Assembly (NCBI GenBank): GCA_003427395.1
Contig: BFEA01000041.1
Span: 2,855,815-2,912,123, forward strand
From: Chara braunii
Lineage: Eukaryota > Plantae > Charophyceae
Direction: 5' to 3'
DNA length: 56,309 nucleotides
In this document: one piece after another, positions 1 through 10,721 of the stretch
Layout: every line of letters begins with the position of its first letter
Numbering within the stretch: position 1 is the stretch's first letter
Notes under the pieces: model-generated
Database searches by the model: none
Told to the model about the DNA's origin: nothing
The model's input: the letters and a program-made list of their open reading frames with translations, nothing else
Program-made: the position numbers and the translations under genes

Positions 1-62
<62 letters not shown>
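1..62. repeat. (GA)n microsatellite (one of many GA/CT/CA tracts in the window)
   Basis: Direct inspection. Similar tracts at ~1258, 2641-2791, 3060, 17827, 26122, 30475, 36410 and 47308. Confidence 0.95.
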
Positions 63-64
<2 letters not shown>

Positions 65-1253
65 CTCTCTTCACGACAGGGCGCTTCACAACCGGGCGCA
101 CGGCGCGCTTCACAACAACAGCAGAAGCACAACAACACCGAATACAACGGACCGAGGGCGCTGCACAACAACGGCCAGTCGAACGGGAAAGTTGGGTTGG
201 CCCGACGTAGTGAACTCCGGTAGTACCCCACGGCACTCGGCGTGTCTATCTGAGCCGTCGGTCCGGACCGCATCTATCCAGGCCGTCGGTCTGGTAGGAC
301 CCGACGGCCCAGATGAGAGATTTGTTACATGGTTCGGTCGATCTGGGCCGTGGGCCGGTAGGACCGACGACGGCCTGGATTTCAGATTTGTCACGTTAGC
401 GATTTTAATAGTGTAGGGATGTGGCGATGCCCTAATCCCCTCTGGGCTTCCAGGGTAATCAATGCTGGCAGGGGAAGGTCCCCTTTTCTCAAAAAAATCT
501 TTTGAAAAAAAAAGAAGAAAAAAGAAAAAAGAGAGTGTGCCGAGGCCGGGCCTCTCCAGTGTGACCTGAAAACTGCCTCAAAATTTGGGATCAGGTCCCC
601 GTGTGAGTATGCCCCGAGGTTCGTACGGGTAGGCTTCTTGCTCCATGAACAATGAGACGACCTTCACAAACCTATCTGAGCATGCACAGATTTGATATCT
701 GACCGCTTGCTACTACCTAACCTTTCTGTGCGCAAAGTGGATCATTGCCACGTGGCTCATCCTGCTGTCGTTTCGTTCATACATGCAAATGTTCTTATTG
801 ATTGGTTGATCGATTGATCGAATAGTGACGCGCAGAAGAACTCGTCTTAGGCGGCGTGAATGCGCGGCATTTGTCGAGCAACAGACATCCCGGAGAGGAC
901 AGACGGAGTACCGTGGCGTCGCATCTGATCGGATCCCTACGCGGAGCTCACGTGTTTTCCTTACTTACCCATTTTCGGTGGCAGAGAAATAGAAAAGGGC
1001 CGGAAAAAAAGGGATAGCAAAGATTTTCAACTACAGGTGGCGCCTTTCGGGCGCGGAGACTTTTGGGAAATTTCGCAGTCGGAGTGGGAACTTTCGTGGA
1101 CTAATCAAGGAAGTTTCGCGGCTGGCTATGAACTTTCGTCGTAGATCGGTCTAGGAGGATTGGAAGCCGGAAGATCGGTCGCGCATTTGCGACGTAGGAG
1201 GAAACGATTAGCGACCGGCTGCGTGGATTCGTCGTTCGGTAATCAAATCGGGG

Positions 1254-1320
<67 letters not shown>

Positions 1321-1432
1321 GTCAGCAGCAATCCATTGATTGGTCGGGTGTCCCGCCTATACGCGCTTAGGGGCAGGGATTCGCGCCCTGGGGCGCAGCA
1401 GCGGCGCCGAGTGCTAGAGTGCGGCTGGGGTC

Positions 1433-1563
1433 GGCAGCTGTAGAAGTGCATAAATTCCCGCCAAGATTCCGAGCGCGCCGTAGAAGTGCATAAATTCCCG
1501 CCAAAATTCCGGGCAGCTGTAGAAGTGCATAAATTCCCGCCAAAATTTCGAGCGCGCCGTAGA
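1433..1563. repeat. Tandem ~39-bp repeat x3
   Basis: GTAGAAGTGCATAAATTCCCGCCAA(G/A)ATT recurs with alternating linkers. Confidence 0.8.
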
Positions 1564-2087
1564 TTGCGCCGCCGCCCCGCCATTTTTCAGTCGGTCGTCT
1601 GCAGGAAAGGCAATTGTAAAGAATGGTGAGTTTCAAACAAAGAGCGGAGAGAGTAATATCCCACACCTCATCACCAATCCCTTATCACTAATGACATTGA
1701 TGACTGATCCACTCTGAGTCATCATCAATCACTCATCCCATGTCATCTTGCGCGCAGCGATGCGCCGGCTCGTTCCCGGTGATTCGACACGTGGCGTCCT
1801 CCTTGTCGTCGTACTTTTCCGTAATCGCGCCATTTTGTTTTTATTCCTGTCATCGACTTCTCCCCCCCCCTCCCCCCCCCCCTCCTCTTCCTCTCGTCCC
1901 CTCCCCCCCCTCCTCCCCCCCACTTCCTTTTCCCTAAACCCGCGGGATATGTGTTGATGTCATCATACGATTGGCAGCTCTGCTATCGAATGTTGTTTGA
2001 TTTTTTTTTTTGAATTTTTAATGTAAGTTTTTGGGTTAACCTGCCATCATCATAATCCGTCTATGTTGATCATACCAACGCCGCCTA

Positions 2088-2192
2088 CCGTCTTCACCCG
2101 AATATAACGCCCGGTCATTATAGCCGTATTTGGGGCCATTTTCTGTCCAGATGCAGCGATTATGACCGGGCGTTCTATTCGGGTGAAGACGG
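2088..2192. mobile_element. Tc1/mariner-like MITE
   Basis: TIR CCGTCTTCACCCGAATA / TATTCGGGTGAAGACGG, flanked by TA on both sides. Confidence 0.7.
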
Positions 2193-2203
2193 TAGCACTT
2201 ACA

Positions 2204-2239
<36 letters not shown>

Positions 2240-2650
2240 CGAGAGGCGGAGGCGGAGGGCGAGGAGCAGGACGGGCCAAGGAGAAGAGTCGGGGAGGACA
2301 AGGAGAAGAAAGAGGAGGAGAAAGGGGAGGGGGAGGAAGAGAAAGAGCAGGGGGAGGAGGAGGAGGAGGGAGGAGAGAGAGGGAAGGGAAGGAGGGTGAA
2401 AAGAGGGGAGTAGGAGAAGGGGGGTGACAGGAGGATGGGAGGAGGAGAACGATAGAATGTATTCCGGGGTGATACGACGACCCACAGGATGTGGGAGAAG
2501 AGTAATGGAAGACGAGAGACAGGAGAGAGAGCAGAGAGAGGAGAGAGAGGGGGAAGGAGTGGAAGAGGCAGAGGAAAAAGCATAGTGTAGTGCGGAGGTA
2601 GCATCGTGAAGGACAAAAGGAGGGAGGACATATATGAGAGTGTGTGTGTG

Positions 2651-2696
<46 letters not shown>

Positions 2697-2724
2697 NNNN
2701 NNNNNNNNNNNNNNNNNNNNNNNN

Positions 2725-2795
<71 letters not shown>

Positions 2796-3054
2796 TCCCT
2801 TGAAAAAAGAGGAGGAGGAGGAGAAGAAGAAAAGGGCAGAGGCGAATGGGCGTATAGCTTATTTGGTACATTTATGAACTGTTGAAATACAGACCTGAGA
2901 TCGAATCCAGATGGAACGGGTTCTGAATGAAATAAAGTAATTGTGAATTGCCTGGGGCCGGTCACCTCGACGATATCTTAAGGACGTCGCCCTTTGGAAA
3001 ACAAGAAGGAAAAGGGCAGAGGGAGAGAAGAGAGAGAAGGAAAAGGCGCAGAGA

Positions 3055-3122
<68 letters not shown>

Positions 3123-4730
3123 GAAGGAAAAGGCGCAGAGAAGGGAGAGAGAGAGAGAGGGAGAGAGAGAGAGAGAGAGAGAAGGGTAGCAAGGATAACA
3201 GGAGGGGAGAGAAGGATAACAGGAGGAGGTAAAGGGTTCGAATCCCGTTTGTTCTGTAATCAATATTCGTATATCATATTGAATCCAACAACCTGGGGGT
3301 GGCTGAAGAGAGAAAGAGAAAAGCAAAGGGACAGGGGAAGAGAAGAAAAGAATGGTCCCAAAAAAGAAGAAAAAAAAGAAAAGAATGAAGGTGTTTTTTC
3401 TTTCACAATTTGCTTGTCAGTTAAAAAGAAAATAAAAAAACAATTGAGCGACTGCTGAAAACATATGCAGGCTTTTCTGAAACTTTGTTCTGTACTTCAG
3501 GAGGCGATTTTGTGGAGACGGCATGGTCCAATCATTCAGTGTTATTATTATTAAATCGTATTAAATTTACCTTTTAAGTTTTTTAAAGTTTTAATGTTTA
3601 AAACAGGTCATCGGTTGGAATCCCAATGCAATCAGATTACCTTAATATTTAATATAACAGAAACAATTAACTTAATTAGTAAATTAATAATTAATCAAAT
3701 AAATTAATAATTTAATTTAATAAATAAAAAATAGTAATAAATAATTAATAAATTAATTTAGTAAATAATAAAAAATAATAAATTAATTTAATAAATAGTA
3801 AAATTAATAATTAATAAAATAAATTAATAAATGAGTCATCGGTTACGCAGAGGAAAGGATAAGGTTCTCGCCGCAGTACTGATCAGACTTGAAAACTGGG
3901 GAGTGCATCGTAACATAGAAGCTGGAAAAATACATCATCGTCCACTATTCTGAGCGGCTGATGTATCTGGCCAGCTTCTAAGTGACTATGCACTGGCCTT
4001 TTTTTCGCTGCAGATGTATCTTGCCAGCTTCTAAGTGACTATGCGCTTGCCACTTTTTTTCCCCCCCAAAAAACCAAAGCCCTACCTTCTTCAACTGAAT
4101 GAAACGCACAATATTACAAACAACAAAATACAAAAATACACAATACAATAAAAAATACAAATTTACAAATTTATTGCAGGACAAAAAATTACAAATTACA
4201 AATTTATTAAATATAGAATGCAAAATTACAAGTTTATTACAGAATGCACAGTTACCCGGCTGCCAATAGTCGCTATTCTTAAAAAAAAAAAAAAAAATTG
4301 CCCGGTGAACGTGCCCGGTGGGGGTACCTAGGCAACAGCAAAAGGGTGGGGCTTTTTTTTTTTTTTTTTTTTTTCCCTTTGTTAGGCAGTGGGGCAATTG
4401 TGCGCTCACTGAGATGTGCTCAAATCCAGCCTTGTCTCTGAATTTGGTGACGTCTCACTAAAGGTTGTCTAATAGGGTATAAATGTGGTAGGAAGGGGCT
4501 TGAAGGGGCTGAAAGGGGCCTGAGATAATATAATTTTTTGTTTTTATTTTTTATTTCAAATTCCATAACGAATTTGAGGATGACACTCAGCCAAAAGTTG
4601 TTTGATGTTTTCTTCTTCTTCTTCTTCTTCAAAAAAAAAAAGAAAAAAAGAAAAACAAAGTTGTTTGATTTGCAGGTTTTTTTTTTCCCCCGTCCAGATC
4701 GTAGTAGAGGCTGGATGCTAGGCCTGGGAG

Positions 4731-5365
4731 ATAACTGATTCGGTGAGGAAGATTCACAAGCCAATCAACGCAGTATCGAAGATACAGGTTCAAAAAGCTC
4801 ATGTATATTCCAGTACAAGAGTACAAAAGCACACATGTACAAAGATTGCATGCCGGTTGGGTATGGCTCCCCGACCGATTTCGACCGCAGCCACGCGGTC
4901 ATCCTCAGGGGGTTTCCACCGTACTACACCCGATACTCACGCGGCCTTCCACTCACCTACCTCCACCGTTGACCCACTAACCATCTCCGGAAACAGTAAG
5001 TGGTGGCTAGCGTTGGACCCGGAAAAGAGCAACTGTCACGCAATCATTACCTACATAGTCCGTAAAGAGGCATCGCCTCGGTCTGTCCCATTAGGCAGCT
5101 ATTGCGTTACAAGTTCGAGATCAGACCAGTTCGAAAAAACAACAAACACAAGAAAGTGAACAAACAGAACAAAAACGACTAAAAACGGAACACATCACAC
5201 ACAGAGCCTACCTCCAGCAAGTGCTAAACCACACCTAGAAATAGGAGCCTACAGACAGTGGCACAGTGAAGGTACCCGGTTCAAATCTTCTCACAGTCCC
5301 CAACGGATCATACGAAAAGCAAACAGCAGTACTGAGGTACCATGATCGAAACCCTGTCCTCATAA
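4731..5365 (-). repeat. 3' pseudo-LTR (direct repeat) of PLE-1
   Basis: Runs from ATAACTGATTCGGTGAGG to TGTCCTCATAA and matches 10097-10721. Confidence 0.9.
4869..4912 (-). ncRNA. Minimal type-I hammerhead ribozyme (PLE-1, 3' repeat)
   Basis: Minus strand: CCCC CUGAGGA U GACCGC-GUGGCU-GCGGUC GAAA UCGG UC GGGG. Stem I is CCCC/GGGG, the CUGANGA and GAAA cores are present, stem II is a perfect 6 bp, and the cleavage triplet is GUC. Confidence 0.8.
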
Positions 5366-5581
5366 ACCAGAGGTACCAGGTTCGAAACCCTGTCCTCATA
5401 AAACTAAAACTAAAAACTGGAAAAAAAAAAAAACAAACAAACTATTGGGGTGATTGTACCCGACGAAATACAACAGATCTAAAAATACAGTGGCTACCAC
5501 TAATTCCTACTGCCTAGTACGAGCAATCAGTCAGTCAAACAGTCATCAACCACGCACCCTCCATTGTCACGCATTCCACAC

Positions 5582-8464
5582 TCACTCAGGATACAGCCAA
5601 TTAACAGTCCGGTTCCAAACACCGTCCCGTCCCTTAGCGAAACGCTTCACAACGCGTTCCACAAAACGAGCTGGAAAATCCTTCATTCTCAGCTCGCGAG
5701 TCAAACTCAACACTTGCATTGGGATCTGTGATTGTACATTTCTATTCCGATCGATCCTGTGCAGATGGCTAGCAATCACAGGCACTCTTTTGCTGTTTGC
5801 TGCCCCAAGAACGGTATGACTGCCCATTCTTGAGCTCCAGCTGAGTCCCCACTCCCCAAATCGTCCTCTCATTCTTAGCTGTCTGGTAAGAGGTAACAAA
5901 TGGCTGAATCTGGTTGACACTCATCTGAGTACCCCAAAAATCCCGGGAACCGGACCCATCGTTGGTCCTCTTCAGTAGAAGGTTCTTTGGATAACATGAT
6001 TCAAACTGAGATTGGATCTCTTCGGCTGTCATGGAGCTGTGCCTTCGTTCCAGGACAACAAGGCTCACATCGTCCATCAGGCGGACCCCAAACACGTCCC
6101 TGCTTGCCCTCCCCAAATTCCGCAGGAACTTGAATTCTGCGAAAGCACACAAGATACACGCTAATGGGGGGCTAGTACTCTTCCCCATAGGAATCTCAAT
6201 TACTTGCCTCAGAAGTACCCCAGTAGCCTGAGTGTACGCGTGCCTCAGTTCCATACGCACAAAACATTTGATCTGTTGCAGATCAACAGAACGCCAATGA
6301 TAATCCCCCGCGGTTCGACCAAAAGTACAACCCTTACCCCATGCGCTAACTCGGACCTGTCTTCGGCCTTTACCCAGATGGTAATCAACGAGCCAATCCA
6401 CGGCTTCCTCAATCTCATCGTGCGGTAACTTACTAAACATGTCCTTGATGTCATATGACATCGCGGACAACACCGAGCTAATCCCCATCCTTCTCCCAAC
6501 CATCTTATTAATACGGTCAAGAGTCAGAACCAATGAAGATACAGATTTAAGATTAAAATGCCAGTCCCGCGGCAGAGTGTACAACATGTGGTTGAGTGCC
6601 TTCACGACCAACCTACATCCTTTGATCGTAGGCTCTGAGTAGGTTGGACATATAGGCCGAAATCTCGTGAGATCCTTATGTTTTGGCATAACGTATGCCT
6701 CACCAATCTTACCCTTCTTATCCCATTGCACCAGATTCGTCAATCCTGCCTTCTCGACATCCGATCTCATTTCTTCCATCACCTTCGCTTCCTGAATCCC
6801 AGTAACGACATATCCTGTGCTTGCTACGAATAGCTCAAGCATGGCTTCGTAGTACACCTTTGGACATAGCACCAGGGTATCCCCCGGGTTTCTGTCCAGC
6901 GGTGTCAGAACGAGCCCGTCCAGTCTCGCTTTGAGCCGATGCACCTCCCTCAAATCAAGGAATCTTGTCTTTGCATCCGGCTCGCCAGTGAGACAAGCTT
7001 CCGCATCACCTCTACTAACCATCGGCCTTGGTCCCCTCCAGTTTGCCCAACCTTCCAACCCAGACATGATCTCTTGTCTCAACAGGCTCCCACGATCCGG
7101 ATGAGAAAGTTTAGGGACGTTATTAGCATTGCAAAGGAGCGGATCAATGTCTCCAATTCATGCAATCGAAACCATACGTGACCTCCTATCCTAGGATAGG
7201 GAAGACCTGCACACGAGCAGGTCGCCACTTCAGCTCGGGAGAACCCCCGCTGATTGTGCAAAAGGCTACCCACCAACGGGTTCTTAACCCAGACGATGCG
7301 TATACCTCTTCGCGCATGGTTCTTCAAACATGCTGGAATAACTGACTCCTCCAGTTTATCATTCAAAAACTTCCTAACTTCCGCAATACGGATCCTATCG
7401 TCAAACTTCAACTTCACTGTCACCTTCGAGTTCAGACTCCATCCAAAGCACGACTTGATCGTCCTGCCAATGATGCGCCTCAGGTAAGCTGTCGTGGCTG
7501 CTTTTTGAAAATCCTGCGCAGCCCCCGTCAACCTAATTAGAACATCCAGATTGCAATTCTTCAGAGCTCCCACACGATTCTTGCGTCGTAGGATCGAGAT
7601 TAAGAAGTTCTTATCCTTGGAAATCTTTGGCTTCCATCTTCTCAGATGGAGAATCTCCAACTCGACACCCTTTTCCATCTCTTGCTTACACGTGTACAGC
7701 TTACAGCGTTGACCATCGATCTTAACCTCCGAGTTACCAAAACTCAATCGAATCGACTTTCAACCGCCACACCAACAATTCCCTTCACTGAAGCGAAAGG
7801 TGAACCGACTACAACCCGCCTCCTCTCGCGCTAACAGGACATGAAAGCAGTTGGCACTCCAGTCATCCGTGTCACTTAGCCTAGCTCTGATAGGAATGAC
7901 GGCTTCAAGTTTCGAGGATGCATATTCCGGTGACGACTTCTTCCCACGTTCACGTCGTCCCTTCCTCCTCCGTCCGACCCCTTTGCGAACCTTGGTCCTA
8001 CCCGTAGAATTTAAAGCCGGGCACCATCGCCAAATGAACATGTCCTCCATCAGTACCAAATTTGCTCGCGAGCAGCGGTCAATGGGAATCATAACGTAGG
8101 ACTCAAACCCAAACACCCTCCACCATCTGTACAGATGAGTCTGTTTACTACCTCGTTTACATACCGAAATATGTTCCTTCCATCGCGTCTTTTCATCTCT
8201 ACCAGTCTGCCCCACGTATTGAGCTCGACATAAAGGAGAGGTAAGAACATAAACCCCTCCACAGTCTTTTGTAAAGCACTCAATCCCATATTGCTTATAC
8301 AGCTCAACCCAAGATACGACACATTTCATCATCCAGCGAATCTGGTAGCTTAAGGCCAGCGAGATAATAACAAGTCTGTAAATAACTTCGACAGCCTCAT
8401 TGTAAATGTTCTCCCGACGTGAAGCAATCAGACAATCGCAGAGAGCCCACAACTTACTATTCGT
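5582..8464 (-). pseudogene. GIY-YIG endonuclease - reverse transcriptase ORF2 of PLE-1 (one in-frame stop, ~2 frameshifts)
   Basis: GIY-YIG motif GGVYVLTSPLCRAQYVGQTGR..RWKEH..E..PALN (7760-8452). Linker CSC..GHVWFRL. RT motifs PKHKD..RPI, SYDIKDMF, Q..IPMG..SP and RLMDD (5769-7082). The C-terminus lies in frame 5582-5920. Confidence 0.88.
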
Positions 8465-9679
8465 TCATGCATAGCTATCCTCCACCACGTCTTCTTCTCC
8501 GCCATGGTCCACTTGATTCTCCCCCGTTTCCTCACCCTGAACCTTCGCCTCCTCATCACCATAAGCGATATGCGTGCGTTTTTCAGCAATAGCCAGAATC
8601 GCCTGCATTTTCTTACCTTCGTACTCCACGTCTTCTGACTGGCAGATCTTCTTCAATTCTTCCACAGTCATATCACCCAATTCCCTCAAGTTGTCTGTCA
8701 CAAATTTGAGTTTCCCGATTGTACCCGAGGCAGCCGGGATCTTCCTCCGGCCCGTGCCCGGTGTCTTACATGGAGGTGTCTTCTTCATTAACTGATGACG
8801 ACAACCGAGCTGAAGTCTTCGTTTGGCTGTTCGCTTCGCTGGTGTTACCATCGGCGGGCTGTCGCCAACCTGCTTCTCAGCTCCTCGTTTCCTTTTTTCC
8901 GAGATGACAAGCTTCTCGGTCTTACGACTCAGCGATTCCACCTCGCTTTCGTAGGAATCCGGGTCGTCATCATCGGAAGATGAGACTACTGCCTTATGCT
9001 TGCCTTTGGCTCGCTCCTTGACTTCCCGCTCATAGCGATGCTGAAGAGACTCATCCAACTTTCCCATGCGAAGGGAGAGCTCCATGAGCAACTCCTTCAA
9101 CAACAACTGCCGGTCCTCCTCTTCCTTACGCAGCTTTGCCTCCTTCCGTTCCGCACGCCTCTGGTTGGCTAAACGTGCTTCCTCGGCCGCTTGGGCATCT
9201 TCCTCCTCCTTTTTATTATGCTCCAACTTCTCCATCTTCTTCTTTTTCTTTTCTTCCTTAGCTGCTGTTTCCGCATTGAACACCTCCTTCATCATTGCCA
9301 TAGACGCGGCTAATTCCTCTATCTGACGCTTAACAGCGGGATCTTCCAAAGAAGCTCGCGGCTCGGGGTATCGTAACTGTTGCCGTGGCGAAAGCGACCT
9401 GCCACGTTGACCGACTACTCTTGAGGTACCGTCACGTCCCAACTTCGGGCACTGGTTCCTATAATGCCCAGGCTCTCCGCATTCAAAACAGACCGGTGCA
9501 AACCGGTTAGGTGCCTCCCTCTGACCCGTGTAGCTGGAGCTTCCCCTTTCGATAGATCGCTCCCTACGCCCTTCGCCCCGTCGGTCACGTCCTCCATCGT
9601 ATCCTCCCGACTCCCGCCCTCTATCCCAACTCCGATCCCGACGATCGTCACTCCCATGATCTCGATAATTCGAGCCCAT
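8465..9679 (-). CDS. Gag-like ORF1 of PLE-1: RG/RD-rich N-terminus, CCHC zinc knuckle, coiled coil, C-terminal SAP-like motif
   Basis: CFECGEPGHYRNQC fits CX2CX4HX4C. It is followed by a long E/K/R helical region and LGDMTVEELKKICQSEDVEYEGKKMQAILAI, which resembles SAP. The first ATG is at 9679 and the frame is open from 9775. Confidence 0.8.
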   Translation of the reverse strand: MGSNYRDHGSDDRRDRSWDRGRESGGYDGGRDRRGEGRRERSIERGSSSYTGQREAPNRFAPVCFECGEPGHYRNQCPKLGRDGTSRVVGQRGRSLSPRQQLRYPEPRASLEDPAVKRQIEELAASMAMMKEVFNAETAAKEEKKKKKMEKLEHNKKEEEDAQAAEEARLANQRRAERKEAKLRKEEEDRQLLLKELLMELSLRMGKLDESLQHRYEREVKERAKGKHKAVVSSSDDDDPDSYESEVESLSRKTEKLVISEKRKRGAEKQVGDSPPMVTPAKRTAKRRLQLGCRHQLMKKTPPCKTPGTGRRKIPAASGTIGKLKFVTDNLRELGDMTVEELKKICQSEDVEYEGKKMQAILAIAEKRTHIAYGDEEAKVQGEETGENQVDHGGEEDVVEDSYA

Positions 9680-10096
9680 GCGGCCACCGCCGCTCCAAGT
9701 AGTAGGTCGAGATACAAACCGACCACTGCAACATCCACTGTAGTCCACGCAGTACCCAACTGCGTCCTTCGACAAAGCTCCGTGACCAACTTACAAACGA
9801 AAGCAGGCGGTCTTCTCACAAGAATCAAACCAACACCGGCGGCAATATCCGCACGAACTCCAAATCACGATGATCTTAACACACGAATCTCACCAAACTA
9901 CTTCTGCAAAATCCAAAAGAGCTCCAAGTCACCACACACTTACACCGACTTCGTCCAAAAGCACTATAACGCCGGCTACACTTCCAGTATCGTTAACTCC
10001 ATGCACATAGCATCTCACAACATACTCATGTCAAACCATAAACGTGCTCACGCTCACTCGGCGTCTTCCAAGCGGGTTCACACGGGCCTTCAGTAG

Positions 10097-10721
10097 ATAA
10101 CTGATTCGGTGAGGAAGATTCACAAGCCAATCAACGCAGTATCGAAGACACAGGTTCAAAAAGCTCATGTATATTCCAGTACAAGAGTACAAAAGCACAC
10201 ATGTACAAAGATTGCATGCCGGTTGGGTATGGCTCCCCGACCGGTTTCGATGGCAGCCACGCGGTCATCCTCAGGGGGTTTCCACCGTACTACATCCGAT
10301 GCTCACGCCGCCTTCCACTCACCCACCTCCGCCGTTGACCCACTAAAAACAGTAAGTGGTCGCTAGCGTTGGACCCGGAAAAGAGCAACTGTCACGCAAT
10401 CATTACCTACATAGTCCGCAAAGAGGCATTGCCTCGGTCTGTCCCTTTAGGCAGCTATTGCGTTACCAGTTTGAGATCAGACCAGTTCGAAAAAACAACA
10501 AACACAAGAAAATGAACAAACAGAACACAAACGACTAAAAACGGAACACATCACACACAGAGCCTACCTCCAGCAAGTGCTAAACCACACCTAGAAATCG
10601 GAGCCTACAGACAGTGGCACAGTGAAGGTACCCGGTTCAAATCTCCTCACAGTCCCCAACGGATCATACGAAAAGCAAACAGCAGTACCGAGGTACCATG
10701 ATCGAAACTCTGTCCTCATAA
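10097..10721 (-). repeat. 5' pseudo-LTR (direct repeat) of PLE-1
   Basis: Matches 4731-5365 with scattered substitutions and one small indel, and ends at the TSD. Confidence 0.9.
10235..10278 (-). ncRNA. Minimal type-I hammerhead ribozyme (PLE-1, 5' repeat)
   Basis: Minus strand: CCCC CUGAGGA U GACCGC-GUGGCU-GCCAUC GAAA CCGG UC GGGG. Stem III is the palindrome ACCGGU, and stem II has two mismatches. Confidence 0.8.

Larger units (their letters stand above)
4731..10721 (-). mobile_element. Penelope-like retroelement (Naiad/Chlamys-type, N-terminal GIY-YIG) with gag-like ORF1, ~630-bp direct terminal repeats and 9-bp TSD
   Basis: Direct repeats 4731-5365 and 10097-10721 are near-identical. 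GCCTGGGAG flanks both ends (4722-4730, 10722-10730). Minus-strand ORFs run CCHC protein, GIY-YIG, RT, and each repeat has a hammerhead motif. Confidence 0.9.

Noticed and set aside
185-415. Possible CACTA terminus (..TTTTAATAGTG with CCGACGGCC repeats)
   Set aside because: No matching partner terminus or TSD was found in the window.
1433-1563. CRISPR-like repeat-spacer pattern
   Set aside because: The linkers are only ~8-10 bp and are themselves repeated.
2036-3458. Long ORFs with poly-ER/SL/HT runs (also near 18.1, 25.5, 30.3, 36.4, 38.0 and 47.2 kb)
   Set aside because: These are translations of microsatellites and N gaps.
3640-3832. Extremely AT-rich tract as an origin or organelle insert
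   Set aside because: Low-complexity AAT/TTAA sequence with no diagnostic features.
7760-7762. In-frame TGA as selenocysteine in the PLE ORF
   Set aside because: It aligns with Trp in PLE-2 (WCGG*KSIR vs WTKNWKVIK), so a TGG>TGA decay mutation is the simplest explanation. No SECIS was recognised.
4731-10721. LTR retrotransposon or DIRS element, given the gag knuckle and terminal repeats
   Set aside because: No TG..CA ends, PBS, PPT, protease, RNase H, integrase or tyrosine recombinase. GIY-YIG plus hammerheads indicate a PLE.
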